Source: a virus
Virus record (IMG/VR): IMGVR_UViG_3300037294_000405
Location: 1-64,000 of that record
Strand: one strand, 5' to 3'
Length of the DNA: 64,000 nucleotides
The position numbers and the translations under genes were made by a program. The notes beneath the pieces were generated by a model that saw only the letters and a list, made by a program, of their open reading frames with translations, was not told the DNA's origin and did not search any database. Positions 48,512-58,042 of this stretch are shown here, piece after piece. Positions within the stretch are counted from its first letter, which is position 1. Every line of letters begins with the position of its first letter.

Positions 48512-48723
48512 TTACATTGTTATTAAGTCATCTACCAATAAAGCAGTTATTTCATCTTCTGTTAATTTTTTATCACCCATAATTATATTGATGATGTCTT
48601 TTTTACTATTTAACATAGACCACATTCTACTCGAAATAGTATCGTCAAATAATTGATAGTAAACATTGACATCATTTTTTTGACCAATACGGAATGCTCT
48701 ATCTTCTGCTTGTTCATTGTTCC
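48512..48723 (-). pseudogene. Second, diverged copy of the helicase C-terminal ~70 codons
   Basis: NNEQAEDRAFRIGQKNDVNVYYQLFDDTIS... duplicates 48726-48944; begins immediately after the helicase stop. Confidence 0.88.
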
Positions 48724-48725
48724 AA

Positions 48726-50573
48726 TTATAAATCACCATTCAATATTTTTTGGATTAATAAATCTGTTTCATTTTCTTTGGTTATATTTTCAACACCTAA
48801 TATTATGTTAATTATTTCTTGTTTTTGTTTTAAAGTTTCCCACATCCTTATTGATATAGTGTCGTCAAATAATTGATAATAAACATTAACATCATTCTTT
48901 TGTCCAATTCTATACGCTCTATCTTCAGCTTGTTCGTTATTACCAGTAACCCAATCAAATGAGTTAAAAATAACCACAGTTGCTTCAGTAAGTGTGATAC
49001 CAACACCAGCAGATTTTATATTACCAACAAAAACTTTTACTTTATCATTGTTCTGAAACACATCAACTGATTTTTGTTTTTGTAATGTTGTCATTGGGCC
49101 ATTGTGTTTAACCGCCAATTTACCAAAGTGATTAGATATCATTTCTAATTCATCAGTGAAATTAGTGAATACTATCACTTTACGACCCATTTCAATAGCG
49201 TTTTCTACCATTTCAATAGTATAAGGGATAGCTTCTTGTGCGATAAATTGTCTAAGTAGGATAAGTTCAACTAAATCTTTTTGTAGGTTATCTGTTTTCT
49301 TACCCTCTAATTTTCTTTTTTGTAAGTATTCTTCCCAAAGTAATTCATATTGTTTAAGACCTTTTTTATCTAATATATGGTGCATAGGTGTCACTACTTT
49401 ATCTGGCATATCCAATACTTCAGTTTTTAAACGTCTAATAATAGTGTTTTTGGTTTTATTGGCTAATTCTTCTAAATTACTAGCACCATCAGTAAGCCAT
49501 ATTTGTTTTCTTTGACCATTCTTAAGGGTTCTAAAGAACTTTCTACCGTCACAATACCTTACAGCATAATGTTTCCAATTATCTGCGATAGGGGACTTAA
49601 TAATCTTTAAAAGATTAAAGAAATCCATAGGTCTATTTGCGACAGGTGTACCAGTTAACAACCAAACTCTCTCTATTTTTTCTTTAGCACAAAGTTCCAC
49701 CATTATTTTACCTCTAATACTTTCATTATTTTTTAAATAATGAGCCTCATCAATAATACATAAATCATAATTAGCGTTTATCAATTCTCTATTTAAAATT
49801 TCTTCTGGTTCACCTTCTTTTGGTTTTTTACCAGAAGATAAAGTATGGAAATTTTTAAGGATATCAAAATTAATTATCGTAAATTTAGCGTCACTCCATT
49901 TTTTACCGTCAATAATTGTTGTGTCATCACAAAAAACATTAATTTCACGCTCCCAATTAATTTTTGTTGATGATGGGCAAACAACTAATATTTTTTTAGC
50001 ACCGCTTTCTAAAGCGGCAACAATTGACTGAATAGATTTACCTAAACCCATGTCATCTGCTAGTATACAACCTTTCCTAGATAACAAAAACTTTATACCA
50101 TCTTCTTGATGTTGGTAAAGTTTTTTGTTATCTAAAGATAAAACTTCATTGTATTTTGAAAAATCAACGTTTACATTTATCGATTCAAAATATGGGTCAT
50201 CAGTTAGTTGTGTTTTAGGCAACCAATACATTTTAGACTCTTTTTGGTTTTGTTTTAGTTTACCGTATATATGAAATGTTTTATCTGTATCAGCAAGGAT
50301 GAATTCAATTAAAACTTTTTCTGGTGTAAAAGATAACTCATCTATTTTTTTTAGTTCTTCACCTAGATAAGGTGTTATACCAACAACCCTATTAATGAAG
50401 AGAGGTTCCCTTTCATGGTTTTCAGTAATGTATTTTGATTGGTTTTCAGTTAAAGCCAATTTATTATTTTTCAAAAAAGCTATTTTTAGTTTTTTGATGT
50501 ATGGATTTATCCCTTCATATGCCTCAAGCAATGAAATAGCTGAATGTCCTCGTATATCGTCTAAATTTATCAA
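48726..50573 (-). CDS. SNF2-family (HARP/SMARCAL1-like) helicase
   Basis: LADDMGLGKS, IIDEAH, LTGTP, IRRLK, GVGITLT, QAEDRAYRIGQ. Confidence 0.93.
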   Translation of the reverse strand: MINLDDIRGHSAISLLEAYEGINPYIKKLKIAFLKNNKLALTENQSKYITENHEREPLFINRVVGITPYLGEELKKIDELSFTPEKVLIEFILADTDKTFHIYGKLKQNQKESKMYWLPKTQLTDDPYFESINVNVDFSKYNEVLSLDNKKLYQHQEDGIKFLLSRKGCILADDMGLGKSIQSIVAALESGAKKILVVCPSSTKINWEREINVFCDDTTIIDGKKWSDAKFTIINFDILKNFHTLSSGKKPKEGEPEEILNRELINANYDLCIIDEAHYLKNNESIRGKIMVELCAKEKIERVWLLTGTPVANRPMDFFNLLKIIKSPIADNWKHYAVRYCDGRKFFRTLKNGQRKQIWLTDGASNLEELANKTKNTIIRRLKTEVLDMPDKVVTPMHHILDKKGLKQYELLWEEYLQKRKLEGKKTDNLQKDLVELILLRQFIAQEAIPYTIEMVENAIEMGRKVIVFTNFTDELEMISNHFGKLAVKHNGPMTTLQKQKSVDVFQNNDKVKVFVGNIKSAGVGITLTEATVVIFNSFDWVTGNNEQAEDRAYRIGQKNDVNVYYQLFDDTISIRMWETLKQKQEIINIILGVENITKENETDLLIQKILNGDL

Positions 50574-50684
50574 ATCTTTTTGTTTTTAGTCTTGGTGTAA
50601 TTATATATAAAGATAATAAAAATATAAATAAAAATCAATAGTTTGTGGTTATTAATAAAAAGATAAATATTTATAATTAAAACC

Positions 50685-51206
50685 ATGGACAATAAAAAAA
50701 TCACACCTATAACACGTATCAACAAGTTCTTTTCCGAAGAGGATTTTAACTTAGAGATTTCTATGGGTAGAGAGGCGATTGAAGGTGATGGAAATTTTAC
50801 TATTATATTGTATAGAGTTAATAGAGATATTAGCGAATATGATAATCTTTATGGTGAAGCATCTAAAGATGGTATTAGATTTTTTCCACCAGTAGAATTA
50901 AAAGTAATTCCTATTATGGCAACACCAGAAAACAAAGCATACAATAAAAATGGTGGGTTAAGGTATTTGCAAGATGGAAATTTAACATTTGGGATTTATG
51001 ATTCACAATTGTCAGAATTAGATACTATACTTAGCTACGGTGATTACATAGGTTACCCAGTTACTGAAACTGAAATTAGATATTTTAGTGTTGTTAATGA
51101 TGGGGTTAAGAATTACGATAACAAACATACTATTATGGGTTACAAAGGTGCTTTTAGAACTGTTGAATGTGCAGCAGTTGACGCTAATGAATTCAGAGGT
51201 TTATAA
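50685..51206 (+). CDS. Neck/head-completion protein (gp14-like)
   Basis: LYRVNR...DNLYGEA; position and late motif. Confidence 0.65.
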   Translation: MDNKKITPITRINKFFSEEDFNLEISMGREAIEGDGNFTIILYRVNRDISEYDNLYGEASKDGIRFFPPVELKVIPIMATPENKAYNKNGGLRYLQDGNLTFGIYDSQLSELDTILSYGDYIGYPVTETEIRYFSVVNDGVKNYDNKHTIMGYKGAFRTVECAAVDANEFRGL

Positions 51207-51220
51207 ATAAAATATAAGAT

Positions 51221-52279
51221 ATGGCAATGCCTAAAGGATATATAACCGACATAAATATAAAAAGTCAAAAAATTGGCCCAGAAAGAAGACAGGAAATTCT
51301 AGATGGTATTGCTGATAAAGGTACATTTTTACCTAAAGGTGTGTTGGAAGAAGATATGGACCAAAGTTTTATCGATTTTATGAATAACGATAAAGGGTTT
51401 TCGATTAGCGTTGGTGAAGATAAAATACCAGTAATTTTTTTAACCATACAACGATGGACTGAATTTACTAAAACATGGCAATTTACTGATAAATATAAAA
51501 ACATTGAAATGCCTTTTATAACTGTTGTCAGAAAACCAGATATTCAACAAGGCCAAAATCAAGCTGGTCTATGGAATATCCCAGGAAACAGAACCTATAC
51601 TTATATGAAAGTACCAACATGGGATGGTGTAAGACGTGGTGTTGATTTATATAAAGTTCCACAACCAACATCGGTAGATTTAACTTATGAAGTAAGAATT
51701 TTTACTAACAAAATGAAGGACTTAAATAAGTTCAATAGAAAAATTCAAAGAGCTTTTCAATCTAAACAATGCTATTTGAATGTAAACGGACATCCTATGC
51801 CTTTGCATTTAGAATCAATTGGTGATGAAAGTAATATAGATGATTTTGAAAATAGAAGGTTTTATGTTCAATTGTTTGAAATGAAATTGTTAGGTTATAT
51901 ACTAGATGAAGATGACTACGAAGTTATACCAACAATGAATAGAAATATATTAACTGTTGAGTCTGAAGACCCTAAAGTTTATGACAATAATATCATTAAA
52001 GAAACTAAAAAAGGTAATACAGTAACTTACGCTTTTGTTTTTAAACCAAGAGCTGAAACACAATTTTCTTTTATCGCACAATATTCTGTTAATTTTACAA
52101 ATATTATTGAGGTTGAAGATATAAGTAGAATAACAATAAAAATTAACGACATAGTTGTTTTTGACGGTTTAAACTTGAACACGCCCTTAATCGTTAATAG
52201 TAACGATACGGTTTTTGTTAGGGTTTATAAACCACTAGCAATTATAGGTTCGTTTAAATTAATAGGTAGTACAATATAA
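51221..52279 (+). CDS. Tail terminator / sheath stabiliser (gp15-like)
   Basis: IPVIF...MPFITV...PTSVDLTYEVRIFT. Confidence 0.65.
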   Translation: MAMPKGYITDINIKSQKIGPERRQEILDGIADKGTFLPKGVLEEDMDQSFIDFMNNDKGFSISVGEDKIPVIFLTIQRWTEFTKTWQFTDKYKNIEMPFITVVRKPDIQQGQNQAGLWNIPGNRTYTYMKVPTWDGVRRGVDLYKVPQPTSVDLTYEVRIFTNKMKDLNKFNRKIQRAFQSKQCYLNVNGHPMPLHLESIGDESNIDDFENRRFYVQLFEMKLLGYILDEDDYEVIPTMNRNILTVESEDPKVYDNNIIKETKKGNTVTYAFVFKPRAETQFSFIAQYSVNFTNIIEVEDISRITIKINDIVVFDGLNLNTPLIVNSNDTVFVRVYKPLAIIGSFKLIGSTI

Positions 52280-52677
52280 TGAGTTATTTTTTCAACACAT
52301 CGGACATTAACCAAACATTTATTCTAGAACCTTTAGAAACAACTGGAGATACCACTACTTTATCTGCTTGTACAGCTATTTACACTAATAGATTGGTTGG
52401 TTGTGATGATAATGGAACAACAATAATTTTAAGCAATAATATAGAAGTAAGTAAAAGCATAATACCACTTATTGATGGGATGAATGATTTAGGGATACCA
52501 AGTCTTAGGTTTAGAAATATAAACACAATTAGTGGAGTATCTTCTGTTTGGACATCAACACAAAAAATAAACACACCAGAAATAGATTTAGGTTTAGACT
52601 CTATAGGTGAAAATAGAATAATCACAGCAGATAATTCAATTATACAAGAAGATAACTTAAATGGTGGCGAATACTAA
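52279..52677 (+). CDS. Small tail-fibre-associated protein
   Basis: DLGIPSLRFRNIN; C-terminal LNGGEY similar to LDGGIY of the next gene. Confidence 0.65.
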   Translation: MSYFFNTSDINQTFILEPLETTGDTTTLSACTAIYTNRLVGCDDNGTTIILSNNIEVSKSIIPLIDGMNDLGIPSLRFRNINTISGVSSVWTSTQKINTPEIDLGLDSIGENRIITADNSIIQEDNLNGGEY

Positions 52678-52730
52678 AAAACCACATATTTATAATAAAA
52701 CAATAAAACAATAAAAAAAAATAATTAATT

Positions 52731-54461
52731 ATGGCAAATAGAATAACAACACACATATTAAAGAATAGTAATATTGTTAATCGACCATTACCAACATCTT
52801 TATTGGCTGGTGAACCAATAGTAAATACAGCAGATGGTATTGTTTACTTTTCTGGTGTGACAAGCTCTACAAATAACTGGGTTCCAGCTGGTGTTGGTTC
52901 AGCAGCAAACTTTTTTGAAGCTGGTTCTAATCTTTACGATTTACAATTAAGAAATAGAATTACTAAATATGAAGGCGTTTCTGGTGCTGGTTTAGTTGGT
53001 AAATTCTTATCTGGTACAACTAATGGGTTTGTCTTGGCAGACATTTCTAGTATTGGCGGTATTGACACATATGTAACTGGGTTTACATACTCAAATAACG
53101 TTGCTACAATTAAAAGAAATCAAGGTCAAGCTGATTTATCAATATTGATAAACACAATGACTGGTTTAACTGTCAACGGTACGTTAGCAGCTACAACTGG
53201 AAATATAACTACAATTAATACTGGTACTTTAAACGCAACAGGTGGTACTATCACAACGTTGGGTTCGACAACTGCTAATTTAGGGACTGCTAATATTACA
53301 ACAGCAAATGTTAATGCGTTAAACGCTACAGGTATAACTGTAACAAATAACGTAACAGCTACAACTTTCATAGGTAACCTTACTGGTTTGGCTTCATTGG
53401 CTACATCAGCAACCACTGCTTTGAATGCTACTAATGCAACATCTGCATTAAACACTACTAATGTTGGAATAACAAATAATACTACAACTAACGCAACATA
53501 TTATCCTACGTTTGTATCAGCAACATCTGGTAATTTACCATTACAAGTTGATTCAGCTGCGTTAACATTTAACCCTAGTACAAATACATTAACTGTTGCT
53601 AATTTAACTGGATTAGCAAGTTTAGCGACTAGTGCTACTACCGCTTTAAACGCTACTAATGCAGTAAATGCTCAAATTGCTAATAACGCACCTGTTAGTG
53701 GTACTTATAATGCTGGGACAATAACATTAACTAACCTAACTGGTGGTACGTTTAACATTACTGGTTTAAGTGGTACAGATACTTTTGTAACTGGATTTAC
53801 ATATTCACCAACAACAAATACTATTACTTTAGCTCAAAATCAAGGACAACCAAATAAAACTGTTTCTATAAACACGGTTTCTGGTTTAACTGTTTCTGAT
53901 TTAACAGCTAACAGACTTGTTTATACAACAACTGCTGGTAAATTAATTACAGGTACAGCAACATTTGATGGAACTAACATGGCGTTGCCAACAGCTGGTT
54001 CATTATCAGTTGGTACTGGTGGATTAATTGTTGGTAGTGGTGGTTCGGCTGGTATACCTGGTACTGGTGATGTAGTTATTAATGGTTCATTAACAGTATT
54101 TGGTGCTGGCGTTTCTGCATTTACTTCTCAATTATACGTAGAAGATAACAACATTACCCTTAATTTTAATCCAACAGGAAACACTACTGCAACGTCAATT
54201 GGTGCTGGTTGGACAATACAAGACGGTAACGGTGTTAGTGCTGGTAATGTTAATTTAGATATTAGAGCGATGAATACCTTTACAGGTTTAACATCAACTC
54301 AAATCCCTTCAATTGCGGAATATGGTGGTTCAACTGGTTATGCGAATAGAGCTTGGGTTACACAATTAAATGACGTTGTAATCAGAAGCACTAACGTAAC
54401 TACACCAAATGGTGTTAGAGTGTTGGCTGAGTTCGACATTTTAGATGGGGGTATTTACTAA
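52731..54461 (+). CDS. Tail fibre protein
   Basis: Thr/Asn/Gly-rich; N-terminal LLAGEPIVNTADG; DTxVTGFTY and GLASLATSATTALNAT repeats. Confidence 0.8.
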   Translation: MANRITTHILKNSNIVNRPLPTSLLAGEPIVNTADGIVYFSGVTSSTNNWVPAGVGSAANFFEAGSNLYDLQLRNRITKYEGVSGAGLVGKFLSGTTNGFVLADISSIGGIDTYVTGFTYSNNVATIKRNQGQADLSILINTMTGLTVNGTLAATTGNITTINTGTLNATGGTITTLGSTTANLGTANITTANVNALNATGITVTNNVTATTFIGNLTGLASLATSATTALNATNATSALNTTNVGITNNTTTNATYYPTFVSATSGNLPLQVDSAALTFNPSTNTLTVANLTGLASLATSATTALNATNAVNAQIANNAPVSGTYNAGTITLTNLTGGTFNITGLSGTDTFVTGFTYSPTTNTITLAQNQGQPNKTVSINTVSGLTVSDLTANRLVYTTTAGKLITGTATFDGTNMALPTAGSLSVGTGGLIVGSGGSAGIPGTGDVVINGSLTVFGAGVSAFTSQLYVEDNNITLNFNPTGNTTATSIGAGWTIQDGNGVSAGNVNLDIRAMNTFTGLTSTQIPSIAEYGGSTGYANRAWVTQLNDVVIRSTNVTTPNGVRVLAEFDILDGGIY

Positions 54462-54560
54462 GACATTGATTATTAATTAGTTATAATTAATATTTTATTT
54501 AGACCGAGGAAACTATTGACTTTTAAAATACTTTTATTATATTAAAAATAAAAAATCGTC

Positions 54561-55337
54561 ATGAAAGGTATTTACAAAATTACAAATTTATCAAATAATA
54601 AAGTTTATATTGGTCAAACAGATAGACTTAATGAAAGAGAAAGAGAACATTTTTATCGTCTTGGTCGAAATGAACACCATAATGACCATTTACAAAAATC
54701 ATATAATAAACATGGTAAAAGTAATTTTAAATTTGAAATTATTGAGCAATCCGAAGATTTAGATAGTAGAGAAGTTTATTGGATTAATAAATATGGCGGT
54801 ATTAATTCTAAACTAAATTATAATTTAAAAGACCCATTAACAATGAAATGGTCAGACTATACTAGGGTTAAACAAAGTAAATCTATGATTGGTGATAAGA
54901 ATCCTAATTATGGTAATACATGGTCTCAAGAACAGAAAGATGTAGCATCTAAAAAAAGAAAAGGTGTTACTTTAGAAAATAGAATTGGTAAGGGTAAAGC
55001 TGATTTAACTAAACAAAAAATGAGCGAATCACAAATTGGAAGAAAACACCCAGAAGAAGTTAAAGAAAAAATACGACAAGCTAATGTTGGTGATAAGAAT
55101 CCAGCATATGGTAAAGGTGATAGACAAATTGGTGATAAAAACCCAATGTGGGGTAAAGCTAATAAAAATAGGAAGCCAGTTCAACAATATACTAAAGATG
55201 GTATTTTTGTTAAAGAATATGAATATCTGACACAAGTATTAGATGGCGGTTTTAACGTTGGTAATGTTGGTAATGTTTGTAATGGAAAAGCTAAATCAGC
55301 TGGTGGTTTTATTTGGAAATTTAAAAATAAAATATAA
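54561..55337 (+). CDS. Free-standing GIY-YIG homing endonuclease with NUMOD3/NUMOD1-like repeats
   Basis: GIYKITNLSNNKVYIGQT; GDKNPxYG repeats; VQQYTKDG...SAGGFIWKF; TTGACT...TATATT promoter-like sequence upstream. Confidence 0.92.
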   Translation: MKGIYKITNLSNNKVYIGQTDRLNEREREHFYRLGRNEHHNDHLQKSYNKHGKSNFKFEIIEQSEDLDSREVYWINKYGGINSKLNYNLKDPLTMKWSDYTRVKQSKSMIGDKNPNYGNTWSQEQKDVASKKRKGVTLENRIGKGKADLTKQKMSESQIGRKHPEEVKEKIRQANVGDKNPAYGKGDRQIGDKNPMWGKANKNRKPVQQYTKDGIFVKEYEYLTQVLDGGFNVGNVGNVCNGKAKSAGGFIWKFKNKI

Positions 55338-55402
55338 CAAAAAGGGGCTTCGGTACATTTTTTTATTAACTAAACTTTATTTACAACATATTTATAATAT
55401 AA

Positions 55403-55466
55403 TGGTTATATAACCAAAAAATTATAACACTTCTACATAGAAGTTTCATTAATACCATAGATATGG
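55403..55466 (+). promoter_or_regulatory. Three short hairpins with U-ANAU-A loops in the tail fibre 5' leader
   Basis: TGGTT-ATAT-AACCA, ACTTCT-ACAT-AGAAGT, CCAT-AGAT-ATGG (last contains the start codon). Confidence 0.6.
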
Positions 55467-58039
55467 CAACTAGAAAAAATACATTTTTACTTAAACGTTC
55501 TAATGTCGCTGGAAATATACCAACAGCTGGACAAATACAATTAGGTGAATTAGCGTTAAACACTTCTGATGTTAAATTATACGCATCTGGAACGACAACC
55601 AATTCTATTCTACAAATAGGTTGGGATAGGGTATCACGAACAGGTGATACTATGACGGGAACTCTTTACGCACCAACTTTTACGGGTAACCTTAATGGTT
55701 TAGCTTCATTAGCTACATCAGCAACAACCGCTTTGAACTCAACACAACTGAACGGGCAATTAGCTTCGTTCTATTACCCAGCTAGTAACCCTAACGGATA
55801 TACAACGAATACAGGTACAGTAACTGCTGTTAATAACGGTAATGGTATGAACTTTAGTAATTTTACTACATCTGGTACGATTACTTTGGGTACACCATCA
55901 TCATTGACCCTAAGTAGTACGAATAGTGTTACAACAAATAGTCATACACATGCTTTTGCTCCTGGTGGGACAACTGGTCAATACATAACTGGTGCTGGAA
56001 CATTGGTAACGTTCCCAACAATACCTACTGTTAATGACGGTACGTTGAGTATGGCGACAAGTGGTATAGCTACGGGGTCTGCTTCGTTTACGGCTAACCA
56101 AGCTGGGGGTAGCACTTTTACTGTAAACGTACCAGCAACTAATTTAAGTATTGGTTCTAATACCTCAACAGTTGTTAGAGTTGATTCATCAACTGGTACT
56201 AATACTACATTACCTGTGGCCACAGTATCATTGGCTGGTGTGCTTACATCGACTGATTGGTCGACATTTAATGGTAAACAAACTCAAATTAATGGGACTG
56301 GTTTTGTTAAAGCAGTTGGTACAACGATAAGTTATGATAATAGCACTTATTATTTAGCTAGTAATCCTAACGGATATACAACAAATGTTGGTACGGTAAC
56401 TGCTGTTAATAGTGGTAATGGTATTAATTTCACCAACTTTAGCACATCTGGTACAATTACTTTGGGTACACCTTCTAGTACCACACTTGCTTCAACCAAC
56501 GCAACGACAACAAATAGTCATACGCATGCGTTTGCTCCTGGTGGAACAACAGCACAATATATAACTGGTGCTGGAACTTTGGTTACATTTCCAACAATAC
56601 CAACGGTGAATGATGGTGCTCTTACCCTAGCAACTAGTGGTATAGCTACTGGTAGTGCTTCGTTTACAGCAAACCAAGCTGGTGCAAGTACCTTTACGGT
56701 GAATGTACCAGCAACTAATTTAAGTATTGGTGTTAGTAGTGGAACACAAGTTAGGGTCGACTCCTCAACTGGTGCTGATGTTGACTTACCTGTTGCTAGT
56801 GCAACTTTAGCTGGAATTGTAACAACAGGTGCTCAAACATTTGCTGGGACAAAAACATTTAGTAGTACAATAAACGGTAGTGTTACTGGTAGTGCTGGTA
56901 GTGCAACAAATACTAATTTTGTTTATTTAAACGATACGAATACCAACGCTAATTTTTATATTTCTTTTGGCGATGTAACTAACAATTATTCTCGTTTGTT
57001 TACTGATGCTGCAAGTCTTTATTATAACCCTAGTATTGATACGCTTTACTCTAGTTATTTTGTGGGATTGGCATCAAACGCAACTGATTCGGTAAATTCC
57101 GCATTTGTTGGTATTAATAATACACCATCTACAAACGCAACATATTATTTAACATTTACCTCAAGTATTTCTGGGAATCAACAATTAAGAGTTGATTCAA
57201 GTACTTTAACATTTAACCCAAGTACTGATACGCTTACGGTTGCTAATTTAGCTGGTAACGCATCTACAGCAACTAATTCTGCAAATATCGCAGTTACTAA
57301 CACCACAACCACTAGTGGTACTTATTATTTAACATTTACATCTGGTGTTTCTGGTAACCAAGTTTTAAGAACTGATTCAAGTACTTTAACATATAACCCA
57401 AATACTAATGCGTTAGCTACTGGTATTTTAAGTGCAAGCGATTATGTTGAATGTGTTGGTTATGGTCAATTTAGGAGTGGTGTTTCTGGGGATAGAGTTT
57501 TTATTGGTGACCCATTTGGTAATGGCCCTGTTGGTGTTTGGGATGCATCATCCCAAAAAGATATAGCAGTTTTTAGGGTTAGTAATGGGATATTCTACTA
57601 CGCTAATCAAAAAATACAAAGTAGTATTAGCACAGGTTATGTTTCTATTGGTGGTAGCCCTACTGGTAATGGTAGATTTGAAGTAATTGGTGATAACGGT
57701 GCTGGTGTATCTATCTACGCTAGTGATGATATAGTAGCTTTCTCTGATGTATCAGTTAAAGAAAATATTAGACCAATTGTTGATGTTATTGGTAGAGTTC
57801 TAAACTCTAGAGGTATTATTTATGATAGAATTGATAGTAAAACTAAAAATAATATTGGTTTTATTGCACAAGAATTAGAGGAACAATTTCCAGAGTTAGT
57901 TGTGACCAATGAAGACGGTACAAAAGCAGTTAAATATCAAAACGCTGTGGCTGTTCTATTTGAAGCAGTTAAAGAGCAACAGAAACAACTTGATGGGATG
58001 CAAGAACAAATAAATAACATATTAAGTAAATTAAAATAA
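55463..58039 (+). CDS. Long tail fibre with internal duplication and C-terminal S74 chaperone domain
   Basis: LKRSNVAGNIP..GELALNT; HTH knot motifs; FSDVSVKENI...GFIAQELE...LFEAVKEQQ. Confidence 0.88.
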   Translation: MATRKNTFLLKRSNVAGNIPTAGQIQLGELALNTSDVKLYASGTTTNSILQIGWDRVSRTGDTMTGTLYAPTFTGNLNGLASLATSATTALNSTQLNGQLASFYYPASNPNGYTTNTGTVTAVNNGNGMNFSNFTTSGTITLGTPSSLTLSSTNSVTTNSHTHAFAPGGTTGQYITGAGTLVTFPTIPTVNDGTLSMATSGIATGSASFTANQAGGSTFTVNVPATNLSIGSNTSTVVRVDSSTGTNTTLPVATVSLAGVLTSTDWSTFNGKQTQINGTGFVKAVGTTISYDNSTYYLASNPNGYTTNVGTVTAVNSGNGINFTNFSTSGTITLGTPSSTTLASTNATTTNSHTHAFAPGGTTAQYITGAGTLVTFPTIPTVNDGALTLATSGIATGSASFTANQAGASTFTVNVPATNLSIGVSSGTQVRVDSSTGADVDLPVASATLAGIVTTGAQTFAGTKTFSSTINGSVTGSAGSATNTNFVYLNDTNTNANFYISFGDVTNNYSRLFTDAASLYYNPSIDTLYSSYFVGLASNATDSVNSAFVGINNTPSTNATYYLTFTSSISGNQQLRVDSSTLTFNPSTDTLTVANLAGNASTATNSANIAVTNTTTTSGTYYLTFTSGVSGNQVLRTDSSTLTYNPNTNALATGILSASDYVECVGYGQFRSGVSGDRVFIGDPFGNGPVGVWDASSQKDIAVFRVSNGIFYYANQKIQSSISTGYVSIGGSPTGNGRFEVIGDNGAGVSIYASDDIVAFSDVSVKENIRPIVDVIGRVLNSRGIIYDRIDSKTKNNIGFIAQELEEQFPELVVTNEDGTKAVKYQNAVAVLFEAVKEQQKQLDGMQEQINNILSKLK
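55772..56825 (+). repeat. Tandem ~160-codon duplication in tail fibre (period 576 nt)
   Basis: YYxASNPNGYTTNxGTVTAVN...SHTHAFAPGGTT...VPATNLSIG...LAG occurs twice. Confidence 0.9.
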
Positions 58040-58042
58040 CAC

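Noticed and set aside
48512-48739. 75-aa ORF as an independent gene
   Set aside because: It is a copy of the helicase C-terminus with a few unrelated leading residues; treated as a relic, though translation is not excluded
48512-48944. Duplicated gene ends as DGR template/variable repeats
   Set aside because: Differences are mostly synonymous and not adenine-specific; no reverse transcriptase in the window
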